This document shows, one piece after another, positions 56,754 through 64,000 of a DNA stretch of 64,000 nt. The translations under genes and the position numbers were made by a program. The number at the start of each line of letters is the position of its first letter. Position 1 is the stretch's first letter. The DNA is from a virus, in IMG/VR virus record IMGVR_UViG_3300046492_000199. One strand, 5' to 3'. The notes beneath the pieces were generated by a model, which was not told the DNA's origin, searched no databases, and saw only the letters and a program-made list of their open reading frames with translations.

Positions 56754-58613
56754 TCAGGAGCAGACGTTACTCACGTCACTCCAACGGTCGATTTGGAACA
56801 TCGTACCAGTGGATGCGTCACGGAAAGCAACGAATTCAAGTGGTTCAACAACGTCTTGGTCGATACCCTGAGCCGCAATGTTATCGCTTGAGAACTTAAC
56901 AGCTGGTAGGGTGTACTTGTAAGTATTACCATCAACGTCAGTGAACTTGAAAGCGAGAGAAGACGTTTCGTGGTTGATGAAGTCGTCATAGAACGGGCTA
57001 CCAGCTTCGAAATAAGCCGTAACAGTGCCGGTTAGGTTGAAACGGCCTGTACCGATACCACGAGCGAACTTAGAACCAACGGCGGGCTGCTGACGCAGTG
57101 TAGCATCACCCTGAAGCGCGATTGACTGAAGTGCTGAAGAAAGTTCAACACCATCTTTTTCAATCGAACCTACGTTGGTCGTAGCGTTCATAACTTCAGT
57201 ACCAGTTGAGCGAAGCGCAACGTAAGGAGAAAGAGCTAGTTTGGAAACGTTCGTGATCTGACGCTTAGTTTCTTTACCTTCGAATGAATACGTACCGGTA
57301 ACGATGGCACCTGAGCTTACGTCCATTGAGAACGAACCTACGCGTAGGCCGTTGTGAACGAAGAACTGGTTAACGTCGTTGTAAGCCGATTCAGCGCTGA
57401 AGCTCTGAGCCACGATTTGCTGGTGAGGCAGTGATCCGGTCCCGTCAGGGTTACGAAGCATTGAACCTTTAATAGTTACACCAAGTGTACCACCGTTAGC
57501 GTCTGTAGCAGGGGCTGGCGAAACTGTTAGAACATCGTCCGCAACAGAAAGGATTTTGAAGAAACCACCAGAAGCTAGGCCACCGCTGAAGTTAGTCGTA
57601 ACAGCGTTGGTAGAAACGTCAGCAAGTGTACCACCAGTTCTACGAAGGTTCGTTACAGTAACTGTAGCGGTAGACACAGTAGCCTTGGCCTGAAGACGAC
57701 CATCAACACGAGCTTGGTTGATAGCAGCGGCAATGTTAGTCGCTGTGGCAGCACCAGAACCACCGAGCGTTACGATCTGATTACCAGCCGTTGCGCCACC
57801 GTCTGAAGACGTTTCGAAAACAACCTGATTCACGCCATCGTAAACCGTGAACGTGTCGTGGTTAGCAGCGTTGGTCGTGAAGTTAATCGTACCGGATTCT
57901 CTACCGGAAGCGTTATCTACATAGATGTTCTGACCGGCGACAAGATTGCCAGCTGCAATTGCAGCGGCAAAAGCATTTGTACCATTTGAGTCGATAGTAG
58001 AAGCGCCGCTAGTTCCGAAGCGAATAGCAGTGTTGTTGAGAATAATAACATCGTTTGCATCTTGAACCTTAGTAAAAGCAGTACCGGCTTCAACAACAGC
58101 TGTAGTTGTTGATACAGTAACTTGAGTTGCGCCGCCAGAAAAAGCAAGAGAAGCAACCTGCACATACTTGTTATTCAGCGGGTTAAGAAAGCCCGAAGTC
58201 TTGAGACGGCGACCTACCACGAAGTAGTCACGGAAGTCTCCACCAGCAATCGAGATGACGTTGTTCGCGGTCCAAGCAACACCAACACCTTTGAAGAAGT
58301 CAAACTCCATTGGGCGGCTCCAAAGGCCGAGCACGAAAGCTTGCATCAGAATGTCGTGAGAACCGGCGCTGAATTCGTAATTAATATCACCGCTTGTAGA
58401 GGCCGAAACTTCAACAACCGAGCTAACCATACGGTCGGCACGAAGTTCGTCAGACGTGACGGTTTCTTTGGCCGCAGCGAGGGAGTGGGATGTGATACGA
58501 ATTTCACGAGTCGCACCAGACGCAGGAGTCGTACCCCAAGTCAGGTTATTTTCTTGAATTAGGCGAATGCTATCGCGGTTACTATCAGCAAAGTTGGCCA
58601 CTATTGTCTCCAA
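56754..58613 (-). CDS. Major tail tube protein with large internal insertion
   Basis: R.TS.SL......S.E.R.DR.......S..G.INYEFS N-terminus; G.FN.TGT.TAYF and Y...LP.VKF C-terminus. Confidence 0.88.
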   Translation of the reverse strand: METIVANFADSNRDSIRLIQENNLTWGTTPASGATREIRITSHSLAAAKETVTSDELRADRMVSSVVEVSASTSGDINYEFSAGSHDILMQAFVLGLWSRPMEFDFFKGVGVAWTANNVISIAGGDFRDYFVVGRRLKTSGFLNPLNNKYVQVASLAFSGGATQVTVSTTTAVVEAGTAFTKVQDANDVIILNNTAIRFGTSGASTIDSNGTNAFAAAIAAGNLVAGQNIYVDNASGRESGTINFTTNAANHDTFTVYDGVNQVVFETSSDGGATAGNQIVTLGGSGAATATNIAAAINQARVDGRLQAKATVSTATVTVTNLRRTGGTLADVSTNAVTTNFSGGLASGGFFKILSVADDVLTVSPAPATDANGGTLGVTIKGSMLRNPDGTGSLPHQQIVAQSFSAESAYNDVNQFFVHNGLRVGSFSMDVSSGAIVTGTYSFEGKETKRQITNVSKLALSPYVALRSTGTEVMNATTNVGSIEKDGVELSSALQSIALQGDATLRQQPAVGSKFARGIGTGRFNLTGTVTAYFEAGSPFYDDFINHETSSLAFKFTDVDGNTYKYTLPAVKFSSDNIAAQGIDQDVVEPLEFVAFRDASTGTMFQIDRWSDVSNVCS

Positions 58614-58677
58614 ATATTTTGTTATTGTTATTAGATGGGGCTTTTAGTGACCCAAACTTTTATTAAATTTGAACTGC

Positions 58678-58706
58678 ATCATACTACAATTTTTAAAATT
58701 TGTCAA
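58678..58706 (-). promoter_or_regulatory. Near-consensus sigma70 promoter for the tail operon
   Basis: TTGACA-17 nt-TATGAT. Confidence 0.75.
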
Positions 58707-58727
58707 GAAAAATCTTCTTTGTACAGA

Positions 58728-58758
58728 AAATTAAACCCACTAAATTACTTAGTGGGTT
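58728..58758 (-). terminator. Intrinsic terminator
   Basis: aacccactaa-attac-ttagtgggtt; T-rich tail on the - strand. Confidence 0.7.
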
Positions 58759-58790
58759 CAATCATTATCTTAAAAATTTAATTGTTCGTA

Positions 58791-59834
58791 TTATACTGAT
58801 ACGGTGTGAAGCGTGATGGTATAAACTGAAGCTGAGTTAGGGGTGTAAGCGCCGTTAGTTACGAGATAGCCGTACACATTGGCTGAGCTTAACTTCATCT
58901 GCTTGTTGATGTTAGTCACTTCGCAGTATAGAGTCGAACCTAGATCGGCTGGTGTTCCCAAATCGATATAACCAAGGAACGAAGCTCTGTCGCCAGAAGG
59001 CAAGTCCCAAGCAGCATTGTCAGCCAAAGCGGATGGAGGCGTGACGTTGTAGAGGTAAAGTCTAAAGTTCGTCATACCAGAAGGAATGGCAGAAACATCG
59101 ATTTCTAGCTGAGCGCCAGTAATCATTGTTGTTGCACCTGAAACGCCTACAGTTGCAAAGGTGAGTGCAGCGGCGGTAGGGCCAACAACGTCGTTCGCGG
59201 TATAAGCCGTGGTGTCAGCTGGACGAGTCGCAGAAACAGCAACGTCGAAAGCTGAAGTGACTTGGTTGATCGGAACCGTGGCTTGGTCCGTAGCAAGAAC
59301 TACAGATAGCGAGCCTGTGCTTGCCTTAGCGCCAATCGAAGTTGGAAGTAGAGCAATTAGAGATGTTAAGCGTTGAGCCACGCGCTGTAAACGACCATTG
59401 AGACCGCTTGAAGCAGTATCGGAAGCTGGTGCGGTTTCAGTAACGATACCAAGTTGCGGGACTAGAACGTCATCAGTAGCAGTGGTTACAGCAAGTGATG
59501 CAGCAGCAGTCTTTGCGCCAAGCGAAGTTGGGAGCAATGCGATCAGCGATGTGAGACGCTGAGCCACGCGCTGTAGACGACCGTTCAGGCCGCTTGAAGC
59601 GGTATCAGAAGCTGGTGCAGTTTCAGTAACAATACCGATCTTAGCTTGCACGTCATCATCGCTGGCGATAGTGACTGGAAGCGAAGCCGCTTTGTTGCCC
59701 TGACCCAAAGTAACATCAGTGGCAGTGCCATCTGGACCTACAGTAAGTTTGACACGTTGAATAAGTACGCCGCCTACGTCATCGGCACCGATTGTAACGC
59801 CTGTTCCGGGAGTTACTGTGATATTATCAGCCAT
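58791..59834 (-). CDS. Probable virion protein with 62-aa internal tandem repeat
   Basis: Ala/Thr/Gly-rich; duplicated 38-aa identical core. Confidence 0.75.
   Translation of the reverse strand: MADNITVTPGTGVTIGADDVGGVLIQRVKLTVGPDGTATDVTLGQGNKAASLPVTIASDDDVQAKIGIVTETAPASDTASSGLNGRLQRVAQRLTSLIALLPTSLGAKTAAASLAVTTATDDVLVPQLGIVTETAPASDTASSGLNGRLQRVAQRLTSLIALLPTSIGAKASTGSLSVVLATDQATVPINQVTSAFDVAVSATRPADTTAYTANDVVGPTAAALTFATVGVSGATTMITGAQLEIDVSAIPSGMTNFRLYLYNVTPPSALADNAAWDLPSGDRASFLGYIDLGTPADLGSTLYCEVTNINKQMKLSSANVYGYLVTNGAYTPNSASVYTITLHTVSV
59337..59636 (-). repeat. Intragenic direct repeat, period 186 nt
   Basis: 59523-59636 and 59337-59450 both encode GIVTETAPASDTASSGLNGRLQRVAQRLTSLIALLPTS. 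Confidence 0.95.
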
Positions 59835-59840
59835 TTTAAA

Positions 59841-60038
59841 TTACCTCGTTAAGATTAAAAGTAGGCCGATTGGCGTACCTGAAGTTTCTGGAGGATTAAC
59901 TACCGGTGTGGGTGGTTTCCTACCTGCTTTTTTGTTTTTCTTCGGAGAAACTTCTCTAAAGGGTTCTGTCGGTATTTGATCCGTAAACACGATTAGTTTG
60001 TTTGCCGGATTATACCTTACTTTTTTTGGTGTTCCCAT
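59841..60038 (-). CDS. Small basic Pro/Lys-rich protein
   Basis: First ORF after promoter 60071-60098. Confidence 0.55.
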   Translation of the reverse strand: MGTPKKVRYNPANKLIVFTDQIPTEPFREVSPKKNKKAGRKPPTPVVNPPETSGTPIGLLLILTR

Positions 60039-60070
60039 GATGTATAATCCAGTTTATAATTATTGATTTC

Positions 60071-60098
60071 ATTATACCATAATTTTTTAAAAAGTCAA
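60071..60098 (-). promoter_or_regulatory. Sigma70 promoter
   Basis: TTGACT-16 nt-TATAAT with extended -10 TG. Confidence 0.75.
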
Positions 60099-60129
60099 GA
60101 TAAAGTGATTTAATCCAAAATTTTAAATA

Positions 60130-61836
60130 TTAAGGAGCCTCGTAACATCCAATATTGGCTGTGCCGCCAGCGGATAGTGCGTTGCCAAACAAATCAATTG
60201 AGCCTAGATTAATGCTAAACAGTGAGTTAATATTCTGCCCCGCGTTCTTAGCAGGGGAAGAAGATTGTAATTTATATGGAGCTAGTGCGGCAATGCTAAA
60301 GCCGTTGGTGTTCCCAACTGGAACAGTGCCTTGTAATAGTGGATCTCCGCTCACTGATACGTTAGTGCTTGTGATAGTTTCTTGAGTAGAGAATGCGCCG
60401 CGCCAAGCACCAATTGAAGTGTAAGTAGAAGGCCCCCATTTGATCGATACTGAAGCTACAGTGCTATAAAGATTTCCAATAAATCTAATGGCAGGCGTTA
60501 AGCTCGTGGATGAGTTGATCAGCTTTGTCGTCGCGCCGGTTAGATAGAAAATGTTGTTGCAGACATATGTGGTTGTAAATTTATCTGGATTGGAGAAAAC
60601 GTAGACACCATTAATCGAAGCAACACTGCTGTAGATCGTGTTATTATAAATAGAATTTCCAGACGCGGCTCTTGCTGTTTCCGCCGTGCCCATAAGAATG
60701 CCTCCCTTAGTAGTGGGAGCTTGTGTGCCGTCGTTTTCGGAGATATTAAAACGAATCGTATTTCCGGTTAGCGCTAATACAGTTGAATCATTATATTGAT
60801 AAAGTTGCAAACCAGAACCATAATTATCGTGACTGTAGCAAAATTGAACGATGCAGTTCTGACACCCGCCGTCAATATCAAAACCGCCGCCGTCTGATGT
60901 GCCGGTTCCGGTCTTGTTGTGGTGGCTTTCACTGTATTGAATAACAGTGCTGGTGCAATCGTACATCCAAATCCCTACCGGACCAGATGCATAAGTATTG
61001 TTTGCTCCATTATTATATGCTTCGCAAAATTCAATTAATCCACCACTGCACTGACCTAAGAGAATACCGCTGCCACAGTGAGAAACAGTAATGCCTGCCT
61101 TGCCGGTACAGTTATACGCTTTGCAATTTCTCACGACAGGATTTGTGTGACTCGCGGCATTAGCTACTAGGCCGTACAGTCCTTGAACCGTGATGCCGTT
61201 GCCTACATAATCAATACAATTTCCGGTGCAGTCATGAACAATACAACTATCAATTAGAGGCGCATCAAATCCAGAAGGAGAGTTGGCAGCATATGCCGTG
61301 TCTCCGGTGTAAAGCGCGATACCATCATAGCCATAACCAGAAACATCCAGTCTCAGAAGAGTTAGGCCTTTTAACTTAGTGCTGCCGAGTTGATCATTAA
61401 TGCAATAAACGCCAGTCGATGTACTGACAGTTGTGCCGGTTCCAACAAAAATTAAATCTTGAACCGTGACGTGGTGTGGATTAATTAGATAAGCGCCTCT
61501 ATCACTATTACCAGAAGCTTGAATAGTCGCTCTTCCAGTTCCATAAGAGCCAAATACAGTTGCCGCACCGCTGTTGCCATAGTGCTGACCTTCTACCAGA
61601 CTAAGAGTTCCAGAGAAAGTTGCGCCACCTTTAAATAGCACCCAAGCCCCAGCCGGGAAGGTGGCTCCGTTTACTTTGGACAGGGTTTGCCAAGGCGTAG
61701 AAGGTGACGTTCCGCTGTTTGTGTCTGACCCGTTAGGGTCAACATAATAAATAACGGATGGTTGTGAGACGCCTTTTTTCGTCACAGGAGCACTGGAAAT
61801 GACTGCTGTTTTTGTTTTATTTCTGGCTAGCGGCAT
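60130..61836 (-). CDS. Right-handed beta-helix (pectate-lyase-like) protein, paralog B; possible depolymerase
   Basis: YYVDPNGSDTNSGTSPSTPWQTL; PbH1-like repeats (DGGGFDIDGG, SHDNYGSG). Confidence 0.85.
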   Translation of the reverse strand: MPLARNKTKTAVISSAPVTKKGVSQPSVIYYVDPNGSDTNSGTSPSTPWQTLSKVNGATFPAGAWVLFKGGATFSGTLSLVEGQHYGNSGAATVFGSYGTGRATIQASGNSDRGAYLINPHHVTVQDLIFVGTGTTVSTSTGVYCINDQLGSTKLKGLTLLRLDVSGYGYDGIALYTGDTAYAANSPSGFDAPLIDSCIVHDCTGNCIDYVGNGITVQGLYGLVANAASHTNPVVRNCKAYNCTGKAGITVSHCGSGILLGQCSGGLIEFCEAYNNGANNTYASGPVGIWMYDCTSTVIQYSESHHNKTGTGTSDGGGFDIDGGCQNCIVQFCYSHDNYGSGLQLYQYNDSTVLALTGNTIRFNISENDGTQAPTTKGGILMGTAETARAASGNSIYNNTIYSSVASINGVYVFSNPDKFTTTYVCNNIFYLTGATTKLINSSTSLTPAIRFIGNLYSTVASVSIKWGPSTYTSIGAWRGAFSTQETITSTNVSVSGDPLLQGTVPVGNTNGFSIAALAPYKLQSSSPAKNAGQNINSLFSINLGSIDLFGNALSAGGTANIGCYEAP

Positions 61837-61878
61837 GACTGTCTTTCTAAAATTTTAAATTGTTTTATATGGGAAATA

Positions 61879-63597
61879 TTAAGAGGCTTCGTAGCACCCG
61901 ATATTTGCAACACCGCCTGCGGATAGGGGATTTCCAAATAAATCAATTGTGCCTAGGTTGATGCTGTACAGTGTGGCAAGGTCTTGACCTGCATTCTTTG
62001 CGGGGGATGAGGACTGCAATTTATAAGCCCCAAGCGCTGCTGCATTGAAACCGCCTATAGTGCCTACAGGAACTGATCCTACAAACAATGGATCACCAGA
62101 TACTGATGTGTTACCACCAGACACAGTCTCCTGAGTGACAAATGCGGCTCGCCATGTACCTAGACTGGAATATGTGGTCGCGCCCCACTTCAACGAGAAT
62201 GTCGCTGTGGTATAATAAAGATTACCGACGAACTTAAAAGTGGTATCCGGCGTAACGTTGTAGGTGTAGATCAATACGCCAGACGATCCAGTAACCCTTA
62301 TTATGTTGTTAGCAAAATAAGTGCTTTTTATGAGGTTGTGCGCCGCGCCGATAAAGTTTACCGCTACGCCGCCAGAAAGGGAAGTCATTATCACATTATT
62401 ATAAATTTTGTTTCCGGTGTGATCGCGGCCTGTCTCATCGTTACCAATTGTGATAGAAGCTTTGCCCACAGAGACGCCGCTAGCTCCTCCATCATTCTCT
62501 GTGATATTGAATCTAATAATATTTCCCTGAAGCGGATATTGGCCATAAGTAGCGCCGTCTTCATAGTTGTAGAGAAGATAACCAGCGCCAACGTTGTCGT
62601 GGCTGTAATTGTATTGTACCACGCAGTCTTTACAACCACCATCAAGATCAAAACCACCGCCATCTGACGTTCCAGCTTCTACGGTGTGAAACGCACTTTC
62701 ATTATACTGAAGCGTAACGGCTTCGCAGTCATAAATCCAGATGCCTACAAGACTTCCGCCTGAGCCTCCGTTGTGATGGACATAATTATATGCAATAAGT
62801 GAATCTTTGGCCTGCCCTAGCAGGATGCCATTACCTGAATGTGAATTTATAATTGCTTTGCTTTTACCGATGCAATTGTAAACCGTATTGTTACCTACAT
62901 AAGCATTGATGACCGTGGGAGGAACAGCGGCTAGTCCGTAGGTGTTCAGAGATTGTAGCGTGATGCCACAGCCTTGATAAGTGGTGGCGTTGCCGGTGCA
63001 ATCATGGACAACATTGCCTGTGATCACAATTCCATCAAAGCCTGAGCCAGACACATCAGAAGGATTTCCCCAACCAGAGATACCGTTGTTGCCGTATTGC
63101 GATACGATATTATTGATGATCGAAACGCCAAGTAGTTTGACGTTGCCTGTAAGCGTATTCTCAAAATAAATACCAGAACCTGTACCGACTAGAGTGCCGG
63201 TGCCACGAAGGTCTAGATCGCGGATAGTTACGTATTGAGGATTAATTGCATACACGCCGTGATGGGCATTGGTAGACGCTTGGATAATTGCTTTACCAGA
63301 GCCATAAGAACCGAAAACAGTAACTGAGCCCTTTACGCCAAAGTGTTGACCAGCAGTTAGGGTAAGCTGCCCGCTAAATGTAGCACCACCTTTAAAAAGT
63401 ACCCAAGCCCCTGCCGGGATAGTTGCGCCACTCACTTTGGAAAGAGTTTGCCAAGGTGTGGAAGGCGATGTTCCGCTATTTGTATCTGATCCGGCTGGAT
63501 CAACATAATAAATAATATTAGGTTGAGACACGCCTTTCTTAGAAGCGCCAGCGCTAGAAGTAATTGTATTATTTGTTTTTCTTCTACCTAAAGGCAT
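61879..63597 (-). CDS. Right-handed beta-helix protein, paralog A; possible depolymerase
   Basis: YYVDPAGSDTNSGTSPSTPWQTL; DGGGFDLDGG, SHDNVGAG. Confidence 0.85.
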   Translation of the reverse strand: MPLGRRKTNNTITSSAGASKKGVSQPNIIYYVDPAGSDTNSGTSPSTPWQTLSKVSGATIPAGAWVLFKGGATFSGQLTLTAGQHFGVKGSVTVFGSYGSGKAIIQASTNAHHGVYAINPQYVTIRDLDLRGTGTLVGTGSGIYFENTLTGNVKLLGVSIINNIVSQYGNNGISGWGNPSDVSGSGFDGIVITGNVVHDCTGNATTYQGCGITLQSLNTYGLAAVPPTVINAYVGNNTVYNCIGKSKAIINSHSGNGILLGQAKDSLIAYNYVHHNGGSGGSLVGIWIYDCEAVTLQYNESAFHTVEAGTSDGGGFDLDGGCKDCVVQYNYSHDNVGAGYLLYNYEDGATYGQYPLQGNIIRFNITENDGGASGVSVGKASITIGNDETGRDHTGNKIYNNVIMTSLSGGVAVNFIGAAHNLIKSTYFANNIIRVTGSSGVLIYTYNVTPDTTFKFVGNLYYTTATFSLKWGATTYSSLGTWRAAFVTQETVSGGNTSVSGDPLFVGSVPVGTIGGFNAAALGAYKLQSSSPAKNAGQDLATLYSINLGTIDLFGNPLSAGGVANIGCYEAS

Positions 63598-63627
63598 AGT
63601 GGTCTTTCTTTAATTGTTATTAGAAGT

Positions 63628-63656
63628 TTAATAACATAAATTTTTAAAAAAGTCAA
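63628..63656 (-). promoter_or_regulatory. Probable sigma70 promoter
   Basis: TTGACT-17 nt-TATTAA with TG; spacer nearly identical to that at 60077-60092. Confidence 0.55.
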
Positions 63657-64000
63657 GAAACTTCTTCGTCGCGCCTAAAAGGAATGCGAACCACAACTCT
63701 ATCTGCACCGCGTTCCTGTCCAACTACCAAATTGCTTGCTGTTTTAAATACTAAAGTACCAGCTGTTGTTGTCGGAATATTTGAACGGCGATATATTTTA
63801 CCAAGGTAATCCGCTACGTCATTTTGCTTCTTCGTGCCGCTATCTAACGGTGTCACAACATCGAACTGTAAAATTCCGACATGCCTATCGACTTGTCTCG
63901 TATTCGTTAATTGGGCTTGAATGGAATCTCCGTGGATGATAGAGAGGCGGATGTAGGTCTTGTCATCTGGCGTTTCAAAGGATTGATTCGGGTATTGAAT
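63653..64000 (-). CDS. Tail terminator-like protein (DUF4128-like), 5'-truncated by the window edge
   Basis: Frame open to the edge: IQYPNQSF.TP....YIRLSI.HG......GILQFDV.TP...G. Confidence 0.75.
   Translation of the reverse strand: MQYPNQSFETPDDKTYIRLSIIHGDSIQAQLTNTRQVDRHVGILQFDVVTPLDSGTKKQNDVADYLGKIYRRSNIPTTTAGTLVFKTASNLVVGQERGADRVVVRIPFRRDEEVS

Noticed and set aside
56754-56756. Selenocysteine recoding of the tail-tube UGA
   Set aside because: The hairpin does not match a recognisable bacterial SECIS, and Sec in a structural C-terminus is implausible
60130-63597. Diversity-generating retroelement template/variable repeats
   Set aside because: No reverse transcriptase in the window, and differences between paralogs are not adenine-specific

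Overview
This is a 64-kb internal fragment of a large tailed dsDNA phage with a long non-contractile tail (siphovirus morphotype). The host is probably an alphaproteobacterium; this is inferred from the class Ib RNR, TAXI protein, DUF4128-like tail terminator and DUF3380-type endolysin, not from a database search. The + strand (1-44.6 kb) carries early, accessory and replication genes. These include rIIB, DNA ligase, a SLOG protein, a catalytic-only tyrosine recombinase, a DNA methyltransferase and a dispersed RNA/tRNA-repair set (Rnl1, Rnl2, split Pnk kinase and phosphatase, Thg1, Pol-beta NTase, Pth2-like). Also present are a MazG-like + class II aaRS-core module, SNF2 helicase, TAXI binding protein, TK, HD nucleotidase, BCS1-like ATPase, a DUF4326-fused T7-type DNA polymerase, Cas4-like nuclease, SSB-like protein, Dda-like helicase, dNMP kinase, ThyX and nrdIEFH. 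The - strand (44.6-64 kb) carries the late module: tail terminator, two paralogous beta-helix proteins, tail tube, frameshifted tail chaperones, tape measure, Dit, tail-tip genes, endolysin and spanins. The two arms meet at a bidirectional terminator near 44.6 kb. The most notable observations are: (1) a free-standing 83-aa copy of the tape-measure C-terminus at the end of the lysis operon; (2) a minimal class II aaRS-fold enzyme next to a MazG-like gene; (3) an H-type pseudoknot plus periodic AAAC leader before the SSB-like gene; (4) an in-frame DUF4326-polymerase fusion; (5) two unexplained structured intergenic RNAs. All family assignments come from motif recognition by eye. No tRNA gene, CRISPR array, intron or intein was recognised.
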